From positions 1-41,776 of the forward strand of contig CAYNHV010000010.1 of assembly GCA_964397315.1 (NCBI GenBank): 41,776 nt of DNA, in the 5' to 3' direction. Under the pieces are notes generated by a model, which did not search any database, was not told the DNA's origin, and was given only the letters and a program-made list of their open reading frames with translations. The position numbers and the translations under genes were made by a program. Positions 28,866 to 37,761 of the stretch are shown here, one piece after another (position 1 is the stretch's first letter; every line of letters starts with the position of its first letter). The stretch comes from an uncultured Methanosarcinales archaeon (GTDB taxonomy: Archaea; Nanobdellota; Nanobdellia; Woesearchaeales; UBA12501).

Positions 28866-28951
28866 GGACCCGTTGCATAGCCTGGATAATGCGTTGGCCT
28901 TCTAATCATGAGGCAAGCCAAAGATCGTGGGTTCGAATCCCACCGGGTCCG
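28866..28951 (+). tRNA. tRNA-Arg(TCT) with an 11-nt intron (28905-28915)
   Basis: Acceptor GGACCCG/CGGGTCC+G; anticodon stem TTGGC/GCCAA; TCT at 28901-28903; GGTTCGAATCC; TATA TTTATAAA ~27 nt upstream. Confidence 0.92.
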
Positions 28952-29007
28952 TTTAAGAAAGGCAAAATGCCTGACAAAGGCACTGGATAGGTATTTCATC
29001 AACCAAC

Positions 29008-29092
29008 GGCGGCGTGGCCAAACGGCTAAGGCATTCGGCTGCAACCATAAGGCAGGGCCCGAAGATTCTGGGTTCGAATCCCAGCGCCGCCT
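29008..29092 (+). tRNA. tRNA-Cys(GCA) with a 13-nt intron (29045-29057)
   Basis: Acceptor GGCGGCG/CGCCGCC with U73; stem TTCGG/CCGAA; GCA at 29041-29043; BHB CTGC:GCAG. Confidence 0.92.
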
Positions 29093-29166
29093 TAACCACT
29101 TTCATGGATAGTCAGCCGCGCGCCATGAAAAACACAGCATAGAAAACACAACATGGGGAGGAAGTA

Positions 29167-29571
29167 ATGCCTCAAAAAATAACAGTCTCAACAAATAGCA
29201 GCCAGGAGCTTGTGGACATAACAGAAAGGGTAAAGGATGCAGTTTCAGGCTCAGGAGTGGATAAGGGAATTTGCCTCGTGTATGTGCCTCACGCCACTGC
29301 CGCCATAACAATAAACGAGAATGCAGACCCAAACGTGAGCAGGGACCTTCTGAAAGCTCTTTCAGATGCTGTGCCACATGGGGGATGGATGCATGACCAG
29401 GTGGACAACAACGGGGCAGCCCACATAAAAGCCTCAATAATAGGCCCTTCTGAGTCAATTCCTGTGGAGGGGGGAAAGCTTGTGCTGGGAACATGGCAGG
29501 ACATCTTCCTATGCGAATTTGACGGGCCCAAGGAGAAGAGGAATGTTATTGTGACAGTGGCTCCTGAATGA
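29167..29571 (+). CDS. yjbQ: YjbQ / UPF0047 family protein
   Basis: PHATAAITINENADP, NGAAHIKAS, LGTWQDIFLCEFDGP. Confidence 0.92.
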   Translation: MPQKITVSTNSSQELVDITERVKDAVSGSGVDKGICLVYVPHATAAITINENADPNVSRDLLKALSDAVPHGGWMHDQVDNNGAAHIKASIIGPSESIPVEGGKLVLGTWQDIFLCEFDGPKEKRNVIVTVAPE

Positions 29572-29640
29572 TGTCCAACACCTTTTTAACATGGGATGCT
29601 CAATAAAAACTTAAGCTGAAAAATCACAAAGAGGAACAAA

Positions 29641-30090
29641 ATGCCGAGCTGTGACATGTGCGGGGCCGAAGGTAAGCTTGTGAGGGCATCAGTAGAGGGC
29701 ACTGAGCTGAACGTGTGCAGCAGCTGCGCGAAATTCGGAAAAGTCATGAAGAAGCCAGTCACATTCCTGAAGAATAAGAATGTTGTCAGGGAAACAGCCA
29801 GGGAAGAGAAGCCTGAGATTATAGTTCCTGATTACAGCAGCCTGATAAAGAAGAAGAGGGAGGAAAGAGGGATGAAGCAGGAGGAGCTTGCAAGAGCCAT
29901 AGCAGAGAAGGAGTCGCTCATTCACAAGATAGAGGCAGGCCAGACAGAGCCCAGCATAAGCCTTGCCAGGAAGCTTGAGAGGTTTCTTAAGATAACCCTT
30001 GTTAAGGAGTTTGAGGGGACTGACGGCACATTGCCTTCAAAAACAAAAACCCAGGAGTTCACCATTGGAGATCTGGTCAGGGGGAAGTAG
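29641..30090 (+). CDS. mbf1: Archaeal multiprotein bridging factor 1 (Zn ribbon + HTH)
   Basis: CDMCG..VEGTELNVCSSCAKFG; HTH QEELARAIAEKESLIHKIE; TIGD end. Confidence 0.92.
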   Translation: MPSCDMCGAEGKLVRASVEGTELNVCSSCAKFGKVMKKPVTFLKNKNVVRETAREEKPEIIVPDYSSLIKKKREERGMKQEELARAIAEKESLIHKIEAGQTEPSISLARKLERFLKITLVKEFEGTDGTLPSKTKTQEFTIGDLVRGK

Positions 30091-30792
30091 TCAAGAGGAA
30101 GAAGAGGCGGTCTCTCCAATGCCTTGAGTCCCTTGAGCATTTTCTGTTGTATTTCCTCTTTTGAGCAGGGATTCTATCTCTCCCGCCTTTCTGAATCCCT
30201 CATACTTCTCTCCATTTATTATTAAGGTAGGCACCATGGTTACATTATACAGGAATTTGAGGCTTTCCAGAGCCGGATTTTCTATGTGGAAGTCAAAGGA
30301 ATATACATTGATATTGTTGTGCTTGTCGTGAAGGTAGCTGAGGGCGTATCCCTGCTCATGGCATTTGCCGCAGTCCTTTCTGTTTGAGTAGAAATACATT
30401 ATGAGGTCATAATCAAACCCGCACTCTTTTTTTGCTTTTTTAAGAAGCATCCAGTGCCTCATCTCCAGCAGGTGGTAATATTCCTTGAGATTCAGCACAG
30501 CCTCATCCTTCTTCCCCAGCTTTGATTCCATGAACTCCAGCCGTGTTCCCATCCTGAAAAGTTCGTCGCTTATTCTTGTGTAATTTACTGTTGAGCATGG
30601 GTCTTCAGAGAATAGGAGGTACTGCAGCTCTGTTCCCATTGTATCCATCCTTATTCCCTGCTCCATCTCGTCAAGAGTGGAAAGCTTTTGCGAGCTGAAA
30701 TGGCTCCCCAGGAGTATGCCTGCTATGAACACAAGGGTGGTTATTGAGAATGCAGCAACATACTTTGTCTTGTCTATCTTCTGGCTTCCCAT
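30091..30792 (-). CDS. Membrane-anchored thioredoxin-fold protein
   Basis: N-terminal TM, helical region, YFYS..DCGKC (CxxC) and cis-Pro motif VPTLIING. Confidence 0.75.
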   Translation of the reverse strand: MGSQKIDKTKYVAAFSITTLVFIAGILLGSHFSSQKLSTLDEMEQGIRMDTMGTELQYLLFSEDPCSTVNYTRISDELFRMGTRLEFMESKLGKKDEAVLNLKEYYHLLEMRHWMLLKKAKKECGFDYDLIMYFYSNRKDCGKCHEQGYALSYLHDKHNNINVYSFDFHIENPALESLKFLYNVTMVPTLIINGEKYEGFRKAGEIESLLKRGNTTENAQGTQGIGETASSSS

Positions 30793-30793
30793 C

Positions 30794-32029
30794 TTACCCC
30801 GTCTTTTTTCCCCATGCTATTTTTCTTTTTGTTGCCTTGCAGACTCCTGAGACAACCCACCAGTAAGCGAACACAAACCAGTAAATGGCCATGTAGAGGA
30901 CATACGACAGCGCAAGAGGGCTTTTCTCCTCTGAGTATCTTTTTGCTATGAATATTATGCCGAGGCTGACTGCAATAAGGGTTATAGATAGGAAGACAAG
31001 AGTGTCCATGCGGATCATGAATAGGTCAAAGTTAAGGTTAAAAAGGCTCATTATGTCAAAATCCACTGCCATAAGATTATAGAAGTCCTGGTAAATTCTT
31101 GTGCCGTATGTTATTGCGCTGTTTATGCATATTATGACCACCATGAGCACAAAGATAAGCGACATTGGCAGGACGAAAACCCCCAGGTTGCCGAAGGAGG
31201 GGCTGAAAAGCTTCTTGTACCTGAACACATTGTCCATGAAGCCCACATACCATCTCTTTCTTTGCGCGCTCAATGCCCTGAATTTGCTCGGCCCGACTGT
31301 GTAGACGCTTGAGTCTATGGAATTCTCTATGTTGTATCTTTTGCTCTGTATTCTCAGCGCAATCTCAATATCTTCTGTTATGTTGTTCTCATCATAACCC
31401 CCATGCTTTTTAAAGAAGCTTTTCCTGTATATCGTAAAGGGTCCGGGTGTTACGTGTATGCTCCCCAGCATACTGAATACCTTTCTGAGGTAGATGCCTA
31501 TCATATACTCCACTGCCTGTATCCTCTGCAATATGCCTTTTGGCCTGTATATCTTGAGCGAGGGCGTGACAGCCATTATCTTGGGGTCATTGAAATAGCC
31601 CACCATCTTCTTCAGGCAGTCGCTGTTTACAAAAGAGTCAGCATCAAGGGCTCCGAACAGCTCCCCCCTGCTGCGCTTCAGGGCAAAGTTAAGGCTGCTG
31701 CCCTTGCCGGTGTTAGGCTTACTGAACACAAGGGCCCCCTGCTTCTCAAACCTTTTTGCTATCCTGTATGTGTTGTCTTTGCTTCCGTCATCTATAACCA
31801 TTATCTCCAGCTTTTCTCTTGGGTAATCAAGCTGAAGAAGGGATTTTATTGTTTCAGCAATGGTTTTCTCCTCATTGTAGGCTGGAACAGCCACCGTAAC
31901 CACAGGCAGCCTCCCTGGCTTGGGGTTTTTTGTCTCCCCCAGTCTTTCAAAAAAGTTGAGGAAGAAGAAGGTTGAGGCAAATAGCCCCATATAGCTTATG
32001 ATGTAAACCAGTATCTTGCTGAGCAGCAT
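30794..32029 (-). CDS. Processive GT2 glycosyltransferase (PgaC/cellulose synthase-like)
   Basis: PAYNEE, DDGSKD, DAD, TED, QRKRW motifs plus N- and C-terminal TM helices. Confidence 0.92.
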   Translation of the reverse strand: MLLSKILVYIISYMGLFASTFFFLNFFERLGETKNPKPGRLPVVTVAVPAYNEEKTIAETIKSLLQLDYPREKLEIMVIDDGSKDNTYRIAKRFEKQGALVFSKPNTGKGSSLNFALKRSRGELFGALDADSFVNSDCLKKMVGYFNDPKIMAVTPSLKIYRPKGILQRIQAVEYMIGIYLRKVFSMLGSIHVTPGPFTIYRKSFFKKHGGYDENNITEDIEIALRIQSKRYNIENSIDSSVYTVGPSKFRALSAQRKRWYVGFMDNVFRYKKLFSPSFGNLGVFVLPMSLIFVLMVVIICINSAITYGTRIYQDFYNLMAVDFDIMSLFNLNFDLFMIRMDTLVFLSITLIAVSLGIIFIAKRYSEEKSPLALSYVLYMAIYWFVFAYWWVVSGVCKATKRKIAWGKKTG

Positions 32030-32059
32030 GTTTCCTCCTCTGCTTGAGACCTCTTTTCC

Positions 32060-33505
32060 TTAAGAGCCTTTTATGTACTTCCAAATCTCTACCTCGTCCG
32101 AGCTATATACATTTTTAAATGTTTCGTTATTCCTGAAGAGGTAGAGAAGACCCTCGTCAGGTTTCCTCCAGACCTTACCGTTCCTCATGGGCTTTGTAAC
32201 TGCAATGTATCGTATGTTGTATTCTCCTATAATCTCCTCCGCATTTTTTAATCTTGGAGTGTGAAAGAGGGAGTACATATCCAGGTATCTCCCTTCAAAA
32301 TCCTGTATTGAGCTGAAGTAGCTGTCTATGACCACAGGCCTTCTTGCGAAGTACTCTATAAAATAGCCGCTGGAGTGGTGCGATACAATCACATCCCCTT
32401 CTCTTGAGTTGCCCCTTATCCACTCAAGGCCAAGCGCTGTCTTCTCGGCAGGAGGCATGGTTGACATCCTGACAGAGAAGGAGACCATTGAGAAAAGCAG
32501 TCCGCAGGCAATCACTATGAATGTGAGGTTCTTTATCATGGCCATCTCCCACTTAAAGTCCCTTATCATTTTCAATCCTAATGCTCCGAACAATGCAAGG
32601 CAGAAGTTCGCGTATACCATCACAAACACGCCTCCGATGTACATTAGGGCCAGGACTAATGCCAGGAAAATATATGCCGGGTAATACCTCTTCTTGAGCT
32701 TCCATGAGTGGATAATTCCTATGGTGGCCAGTATGATGTAGAATATCCCTATTGCAAACACCCCTCCCACATCTGATATAATTCCTCTCAGAAAGCCAGA
32801 GGTCGCAGGATTCAGATTGTATAAGAGAGGGACGGGGTTAAGAATGTATAATATCCCAAATGCGAGGAAAAGGGCAAGGCTGAACCTCTGCCTCTCCTTC
32901 TTTAACAGAGAGTATGCCAGCAGAGGCACCATGATAAGCAGCATATTCATAATGCTGAATGCTCCTGCAAGAAGAAAGGCGGAGAAGGAGAGTATTGAGC
33001 TGTCCCTCCCTTTTCTCAGGAAGAAGAGGGCTCCGGCAAGACTTAAAGCTATTGCCATGGAAGCCTGCATTGAGCTGAAAGCGTATATGAAGGCAGGGGA
33101 TGATGAGAGGATCAGAACAGCCATTATCCTTGTGAAGCTTTCAAAACCCAGCCTTCTGAGAATGCAGTAAAACAGGACAGCCGAGAGCACGCCTAAAAGG
33201 AGCGGCAGCACCCTCAATGCTGTTTCAACATCAGAAGCAAGCGAGACAATGGCTGCCAGGAAGTGGTAGGGGGTGAAGTCCATATGCCTCCCTCCTGAAA
33301 CGAGGCTGTCACTCTCAGAGAAGTCCCCTCTTGCCAGCTTCTCCGCCAGTCTGGCGTGATAATAGGGCTCCTCCCCTATCAGAGTTGAATTCCCATCCTG
33401 AAGCCTCAGGAGGGCGGGCAAAAGAAGGAATACGAGCACCATTATGCATAGGCAAAGGATATTCACATTCACTCTTTTTGCTTTTTCTTTTGTTCTTCTG
33501 ATCAT
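32060..33505 (-). CDS. GT-C fold (STT3/AglB-like) membrane glycosyltransferase
   Basis: EEPYYHAR loop after TM1, about 11-13 TMs, C-terminal soluble domain LEWIRGNS..VIVSHHSSGYFI..EYNIRYI; no WWDYG. Confidence 0.7.
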   Translation of the reverse strand: MIRRTKEKAKRVNVNILCLCIMVLVFLLLPALLRLQDGNSTLIGEEPYYHARLAEKLARGDFSESDSLVSGGRHMDFTPYHFLAAIVSLASDVETALRVLPLLLGVLSAVLFYCILRRLGFESFTRIMAVLILSSSPAFIYAFSSMQASMAIALSLAGALFFLRKGRDSSILSFSAFLLAGAFSIMNMLLIMVPLLAYSLLKKERQRFSLALFLAFGILYILNPVPLLYNLNPATSGFLRGIISDVGGVFAIGIFYIILATIGIIHSWKLKKRYYPAYIFLALVLALMYIGGVFVMVYANFCLALFGALGLKMIRDFKWEMAMIKNLTFIVIACGLLFSMVSFSVRMSTMPPAEKTALGLEWIRGNSREGDVIVSHHSSGYFIEYFARRPVVIDSYFSSIQDFEGRYLDMYSLFHTPRLKNAEEIIGEYNIRYIAVTKPMRNGKVWRKPDEGLLYLFRNNETFKNVYSSDEVEIWKYIKGS

Positions 33506-34989
33506 TTTAGCTCACAAAGCACATCATATATTCTTGTCCGGCTGTCATACCTCAGTCTGAAGCACCGCTCGTCAGACGCATATGAAATGTTGTTTATATC
33601 AAACTTTTCTCTCGCGTGCTCAGACACGTAGATGTAATCAACGCCGTACATTGTCAGAGCATCTAAAGCATCTGTCTCAAGTTTTGCAGTGTAAATCTTC
33701 TCTATGGCGTCCATCCTGCTATCAATGTCCCTCTTGAGAAGAAAATTGGTGTCTGCTATGTTCTTCCTTCCAGATATGGCCGCTACCATAGCCCCCTCCC
33801 TGACAGGAGATGCGACCACAGAGCCGTTCTCAGAGTTCTCATTCAGCCACTTGAGGGCTGAGAATTCATCTTCAGACACTGCGTTATCTGCTGAGCTCAC
33901 TCCTGACATTACAGAAGGAAGCACAGACGCAGCCATAAAAGCCAGCAGCAGGGCCGCGAAATAAACCCCCTTCAGCCTTGCAAACTTTGTCTTTTTAATG
34001 TAGCCGAAAGTAAAGCTGTAAAATTTTGAAAAAAGCAATGTTGCTATAACACCGAGGCACATGAGCCCAACCTCAACCTCTATAAGCCTCGCCCAGAGCA
34101 GGATGGCTGCTGAGAACGCAAGCGCTACGAGCAGGTATATCTTCCTGTCCTTTTTCCTGAAAAGGTGATCATATACTGAATAGACTCCGTATGATAGGGG
34201 AAGGGGGCCTATGTGGTATATGGCGCTCAGTATGGTTGTTCCTGAAAAGTGGCTTTCCAGAATAGATAATGGCATGTTCTTCCATATCACTGAAATGCCA
34301 TGCGCAAGAAAAGCGTCCTTGAATATCATAAAGATTATCCATGTGACAATAACAAGCGAGAATATTATGACCTCAACCTCTATCCTCTTCTGCTTGAGGC
34401 TTTCCATGCTGAGCAGGAAGAGATACACCAGGAACCCCAGTATAAGTATAAGCACTGAAGGGCTGGTGAGAGTGAGGATTAGAAGAGAGGCAAGGAAATA
34501 ATAGACATAATCCTCCTTTTCTATCCTGAGGAAGAAATAGATGGAGAGCATTAGAAGAGGAAAGATCAGGCTGTAAGGCGAGATTGTGTTGACAGTTTCC
34601 ATGAAGAACACCGGAATGAACCCTGCAATGAAGGCGGAGAACAACGAGGCGCCATCGTCCCTGCTGATATCTTTTGAGATGAGGTACGCGAGCAGGACCA
34701 TTGAGGCAACAAGAACATTGGGTATAATCTTTCCCACCAACCCGATGGGCAGCAGGAGGTTGAACAAAGCCAGGAAATAATAAAAGAAGGGGGTGAATAT
34801 TCTCTCGCTTCCGCCATAGCTCAGCCCGTCATGGAACAGGGGAAGGCCTGTTGACCTTATGCTCTCAACCTGCCTTATGGCGTCATAGGACTCCTCGCCT
34901 GTGAAATGCGGCGTCTGGAAGGCGATGAGAAGCCTTGCAGCAAGCGTTATTATGAATATCAAGGCCAGGATGTAGGTGCTCTTTCTCAT
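33502..34989 (-). CDS. GT-C fold (STT3/AglB-like) membrane glycosyltransferase, paralog of the adjacent gene
   Basis: GEESYDAIRQ, multi-TM core, ALKWLNENS..VVASPVREG..YGVDYIY; overlaps the next gene by 4 bp. Confidence 0.7.
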   Translation of the reverse strand: MRKSTYILALIFIITLAARLLIAFQTPHFTGEESYDAIRQVESIRSTGLPLFHDGLSYGGSERIFTPFFYYFLALFNLLLPIGLVGKIIPNVLVASMVLLAYLISKDISRDDGASLFSAFIAGFIPVFFMETVNTISPYSLIFPLLMLSIYFFLRIEKEDYVYYFLASLLILTLTSPSVLILILGFLVYLFLLSMESLKQKRIEVEVIIFSLVIVTWIIFMIFKDAFLAHGISVIWKNMPLSILESHFSGTTILSAIYHIGPLPLSYGVYSVYDHLFRKKDRKIYLLVALAFSAAILLWARLIEVEVGLMCLGVIATLLFSKFYSFTFGYIKKTKFARLKGVYFAALLLAFMAASVLPSVMSGVSSADNAVSEDEFSALKWLNENSENGSVVASPVREGAMVAAISGRKNIADTNFLLKRDIDSRMDAIEKIYTAKLETDALDALTMYGVDYIYVSEHAREKFDINNISYASDERCFRLRYDSRTRIYDVLCELK

Positions 34990-35090
34990 ATCCCTGAGCT
35001 TAGCTCCTTTATATATATAATTTTAGAAAGATATATAAATCATCTTGTGATAATTTAATACAGCCTGACAAGGGCGGCTAGGGGTTTTTT

Positions 35091-35843
35091 ATGGGTCTTG
35101 AAAGGATATCTACAGGAATATCAGCATTGGACAGCATGCTTGACGGAGGGTATGAGACAGACATAATCACCACAATATACGGGCCTGCTGGCTCTGGAAA
35201 GACAAACCTCTGCCTTATGGCCATGAAGAAGGTTATAGAAGGGGGGAAAAAGGTCATTTTCGTGGACACAGAGGGCAACTTCTCCATATCAAGGCTCAGG
35301 CAGATATCAGGCGACCACAAGAGAATACTGGACAATACCCTGCTTCTCAAGCCCATGAACTTTGAGGAGCAGAGAAAGGCGTTTGACAAGCTGAGGCAGA
35401 TGGCCAGCGACAAGATAGGCCTGATAATTGTTGACACCATATCAATGCTTTACAGGATAGAGAGGGACAAGGACGAGAACTCAGTGTCCTTCACCAACAG
35501 GGAGCTGAGCCTCCAGATATCATACTTAACCGAGATAGCGAGAAAAAGAGGGATTCCTGTGCTGCTTACCACGCAGGTTTACAGCTCTTTTGATGACAGG
35601 GACAAGGTGAACCTTGTAGGGGGGGACATTGTCAAGTACGGCAGCAAGTGCCTCATAGAGCTTCAAAAGGCCCACAAGAATAAGAGAGCTGTGATACTAA
35701 AAAAGCACAGGTCCCTTCCTGAGTCAGAGCGCGCGCTTCTGGAGATAAGGGAAGGAGGGGTTTTTGGAATCCAGAAAGGAGGCGAAGCAGGAGTTGATGA
35801 AAAATGCAAAAATGAAGGGGAAGAAACCGAAAGAGGAAGCTGA
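35091..35843 (+). CDS. radB: DNA repair protein RadB
   Basis: YGPAGSGKT, VDTEG, IIVDTIS, KHR motif; no N-terminal HhH domain. Confidence 0.93.
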   Translation: MGLERISTGISALDSMLDGGYETDIITTIYGPAGSGKTNLCLMAMKKVIEGGKKVIFVDTEGNFSISRLRQISGDHKRILDNTLLLKPMNFEEQRKAFDKLRQMASDKIGLIIVDTISMLYRIERDKDENSVSFTNRELSLQISYLTEIARKRGIPVLLTTQVYSSFDDRDKVNLVGGDIVKYGSKCLIELQKAHKNKRAVILKKHRSLPESERALLEIREGGVFGIQKGGEAGVDEKCKNEGEETERGS

Positions 35844-35851
35844 ATGCCAGC

Positions 35852-36442
35852 TCACTCCTCTACAAAATCCTCAAGCTTCAGCTCTTTCTCAGGCAGCCCT
35901 CTTCTGCTGATGTACTCCTTTGCGAGTATCCAGAAGAAAAGCCCCAGTGATTTCTTTCCCTTGTTGTTGCTTGGGATGGCAAAATCAATGAAATTGGCCT
36001 GGTTGTTTGTGTCACACAAGGCCATCACAGGAATCCCCATGATCATAGCGTCCTTTACAGCGTTCCTGTCAGGCCAGGAGTCTGTCACCAGCAGTATCTT
36101 CTTCTCAAAGAAGTCCTCAAGGTCAGGGTTTGTGAGTATGCCTGGAGGGTATCTTCCGGCGAATACCTTAATGCCTGTCGCCTCTCCGAAAGCCCTTGCT
36201 GCCTTCCAGCTGTTCTCCCTCCGGCTCGCAACAAGAATATCTTCAGGAGCATACCTTGCAAGCATGCTTGCTGCAATGTCTATCCTCTCGTCAATCCTCT
36301 GGAGATTAAGCACGAAAAGGCCGTCTGTTCTTGCCTTGTAAATGAAGCTGTCCATGTGGGATGTCTTGAACTTTGTCCCTATGTGTATTCCCGCCTTCAG
36401 GTACTCATCAATCGGCACAAGCAGTTTTTCCTGTTCAACCAT
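35852..36442 (-). CDS. rps2: 30S ribosomal protein uS2
   Basis: YLKAGIHIGT, GRYPPGILTNP, ALCDTNN, PSNNKG. Confidence 0.96.
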   Translation of the reverse strand: MVEQEKLLVPIDEYLKAGIHIGTKFKTSHMDSFIYKARTDGLFVLNLQRIDERIDIAASMLARYAPEDILVASRRENSWKAARAFGEATGIKVFAGRYPPGILTNPDLEDFFEKKILLVTDSWPDRNAVKDAMIMGIPVMALCDTNNQANFIDFAIPSNNKGKKSLGLFFWILAKEYISRRGLPEKELKLEDFVEE

Positions 36443-36459
36443 CTTATTCTACCTCTCAA

Positions 36460-36580
36460 TTGCATTTCAGGCAGCACCGCAGAATCATGCTGCTGATTTT
36501 TTCTTGCCTCATCAGCTCCAGCAGGGTCCGCCTCCCGGGCCTCAGAAAGCACTCAGGCGCCATTCCCCGCTTTTCGGCTT
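36460..36580 (-). ncRNA. Structured 5' leader of rps2 (candidate cis-regulatory RNA)
   Basis: TATA TTTATAAA at 36604-36611 predicts a ~140-nt UTR; stems GCGGGG/CCCTGC, CGCCT/AGGCG, GCTGAT/ATCAGC, GCAGCAT/GTGCTGC. Confidence 0.5.
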
Positions 36581-36604
36581 TATCAGAAAGATTAAGAAGG
36601 GGGT

Positions 36605-37138
36605 TTATAAATCTTTTGCAGGGAATTCCTCCAGAACAGCATACTCCGGCCCCTGGCGTGTCAGCTCGCTCTTTACAAGCTTGAAGCCCCTGACACTGGT
36701 TTTAACCCTTTTTATGCTAATCTCCTTGAGCAGCTCCCTGAACTTCTGCTTGTCATGGACGCGCTTCACCCTTGCGAGGGTTATGTGGGGGTGAAACCTG
36801 CTTTCCCTGGGAAACATTCCCTCAAGGGATTCGTCAATCTTTTGCTGCAGCGCGCTTATCCTGTCCTTTGGCTCTGCTCCTGCCCACACAACCCGGATAT
36901 GATTCTCTGAGGGAAACACCCCGATACTGTCAAGCCATGACTCAAAGCTTTCAAACTCAACCCCTCCCACTCTCTTTTTTACCTCCTCAATCTTGCCCTC
37001 CCCTACTTCTCCGAGAAACTTGAGGGTGAGGTGGAACTCGCTGGCAAGCCGGATATCCGCACGATTCAGCTTTTTGACAGCTCTTGAAAGCTCTTCCTCT
37101 GCCTCCTGGCTCACATTAAAAGCTATGAAGAGTCTCAT
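36605..37138 (-). CDS. thpR: RNA 2',3'-cyclic phosphodiesterase (2H family, ThpR/LigT)
   Basis: MRLFIAF start, HLTLKFLG and PHITLAR HxT motifs; true start 37138 rather than 37270. Confidence 0.93.
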   Translation of the reverse strand: MRLFIAFNVSQEAEEELSRAVKKLNRADIRLASEFHLTLKFLGEVGEGKIEEVKKRVGGVEFESFESWLDSIGVFPSENHIRVVWAGAEPKDRISALQQKIDESLEGMFPRESRFHPHITLARVKRVHDKQKFRELLKEISIKRVKTSVRGFKLVKSELTRQGPEYAVLEEFPAKDL

Positions 37139-37184
37139 AAAAACAGAAATCAAAAAATAACTATTTAAAATTTGTGAAGAAGGT

Positions 37185-37586
37185 TTATTGTTTTTCCATT
37201 TCCTCAGTATTCTCCTCCAGGTACTCATCCTCTTCTTTCGGAGGCTCTGGAATCTCGGGCTCCTCTCCAAAGTCTTCTGTGTCCTCTGCGTGTCCGCTTT
37301 CAGAAGATGTGTCTTCTGATCCTCCTTTGTCCTCTTCGCTGGATTCTCCTGTTGAGTCTCCTCTTCCTACAACTTCTGCAAACCCGACTTTTCTCAGGAC
37401 CTTTGTCACTCTTATCTTCACTTCTTCGCCTTCTTTTGTGTTGGGCACAAACAAGACAAAGCCGTCTTTTTTAGCTATGCCGTCGCCTTTCTCACCGACA
37501 GCCTCTATCTTCACACTAATCTCGTCGCCGACATTGACCGGCGCAGCCCCTCCTTCTGGGTTAAACCCGCTGTCTCTATCTCGCAT
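37185..37586 (-). CDS. Single TRAM-domain RNA-binding protein with an acidic tail
   Basis: APVNVGDEISVKIEAVGEKGDGIAKKDGFVLFVP..GEEVKIRV..VGFAEV. Confidence 0.9.
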   Translation of the reverse strand: MRDRDSGFNPEGGAAPVNVGDEISVKIEAVGEKGDGIAKKDGFVLFVPNTKEGEEVKIRVTKVLRKVGFAEVVGRGDSTGESSEEDKGGSEDTSSESGHAEDTEDFGEEPEIPEPPKEEDEYLEENTEEMEKQ

Positions 37587-37761
37587 TCCTATTTCACCCT
37601 TCTGTCTGTTTTAATCTGCGCAAAGCGCATACTGGCTTAAAATAACTTTTTATTTATAAATCTAGTGTTTATGAAAAAAAGAAAAAGCCCCCCTCTCAGG
37701 GGGTTAAGGCTTGTTTCAGGCCTGAAAAGGCAGCCCATCTAATGAGCGCATCCTGGAGAGA

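Noticed and set aside
31403..31975. 190-aa antisense ORF over the GT2 gene
   Set aside because: Shadow ORF with atypical composition
36493..36516. Hammerhead-like CTGATGAG...GAAA on the minus strand
   Set aside because: No stem II closing before GAAA and no stem I/III with a cleavage triplet; better explained as the GCTGAT/ATCAGC hairpin
37139..37270. N-terminal extension of the ThpR ORF
   Set aside because: Overlaps the TRAM gene and the thpR promoter; the family starts at MRLFIA (37138)
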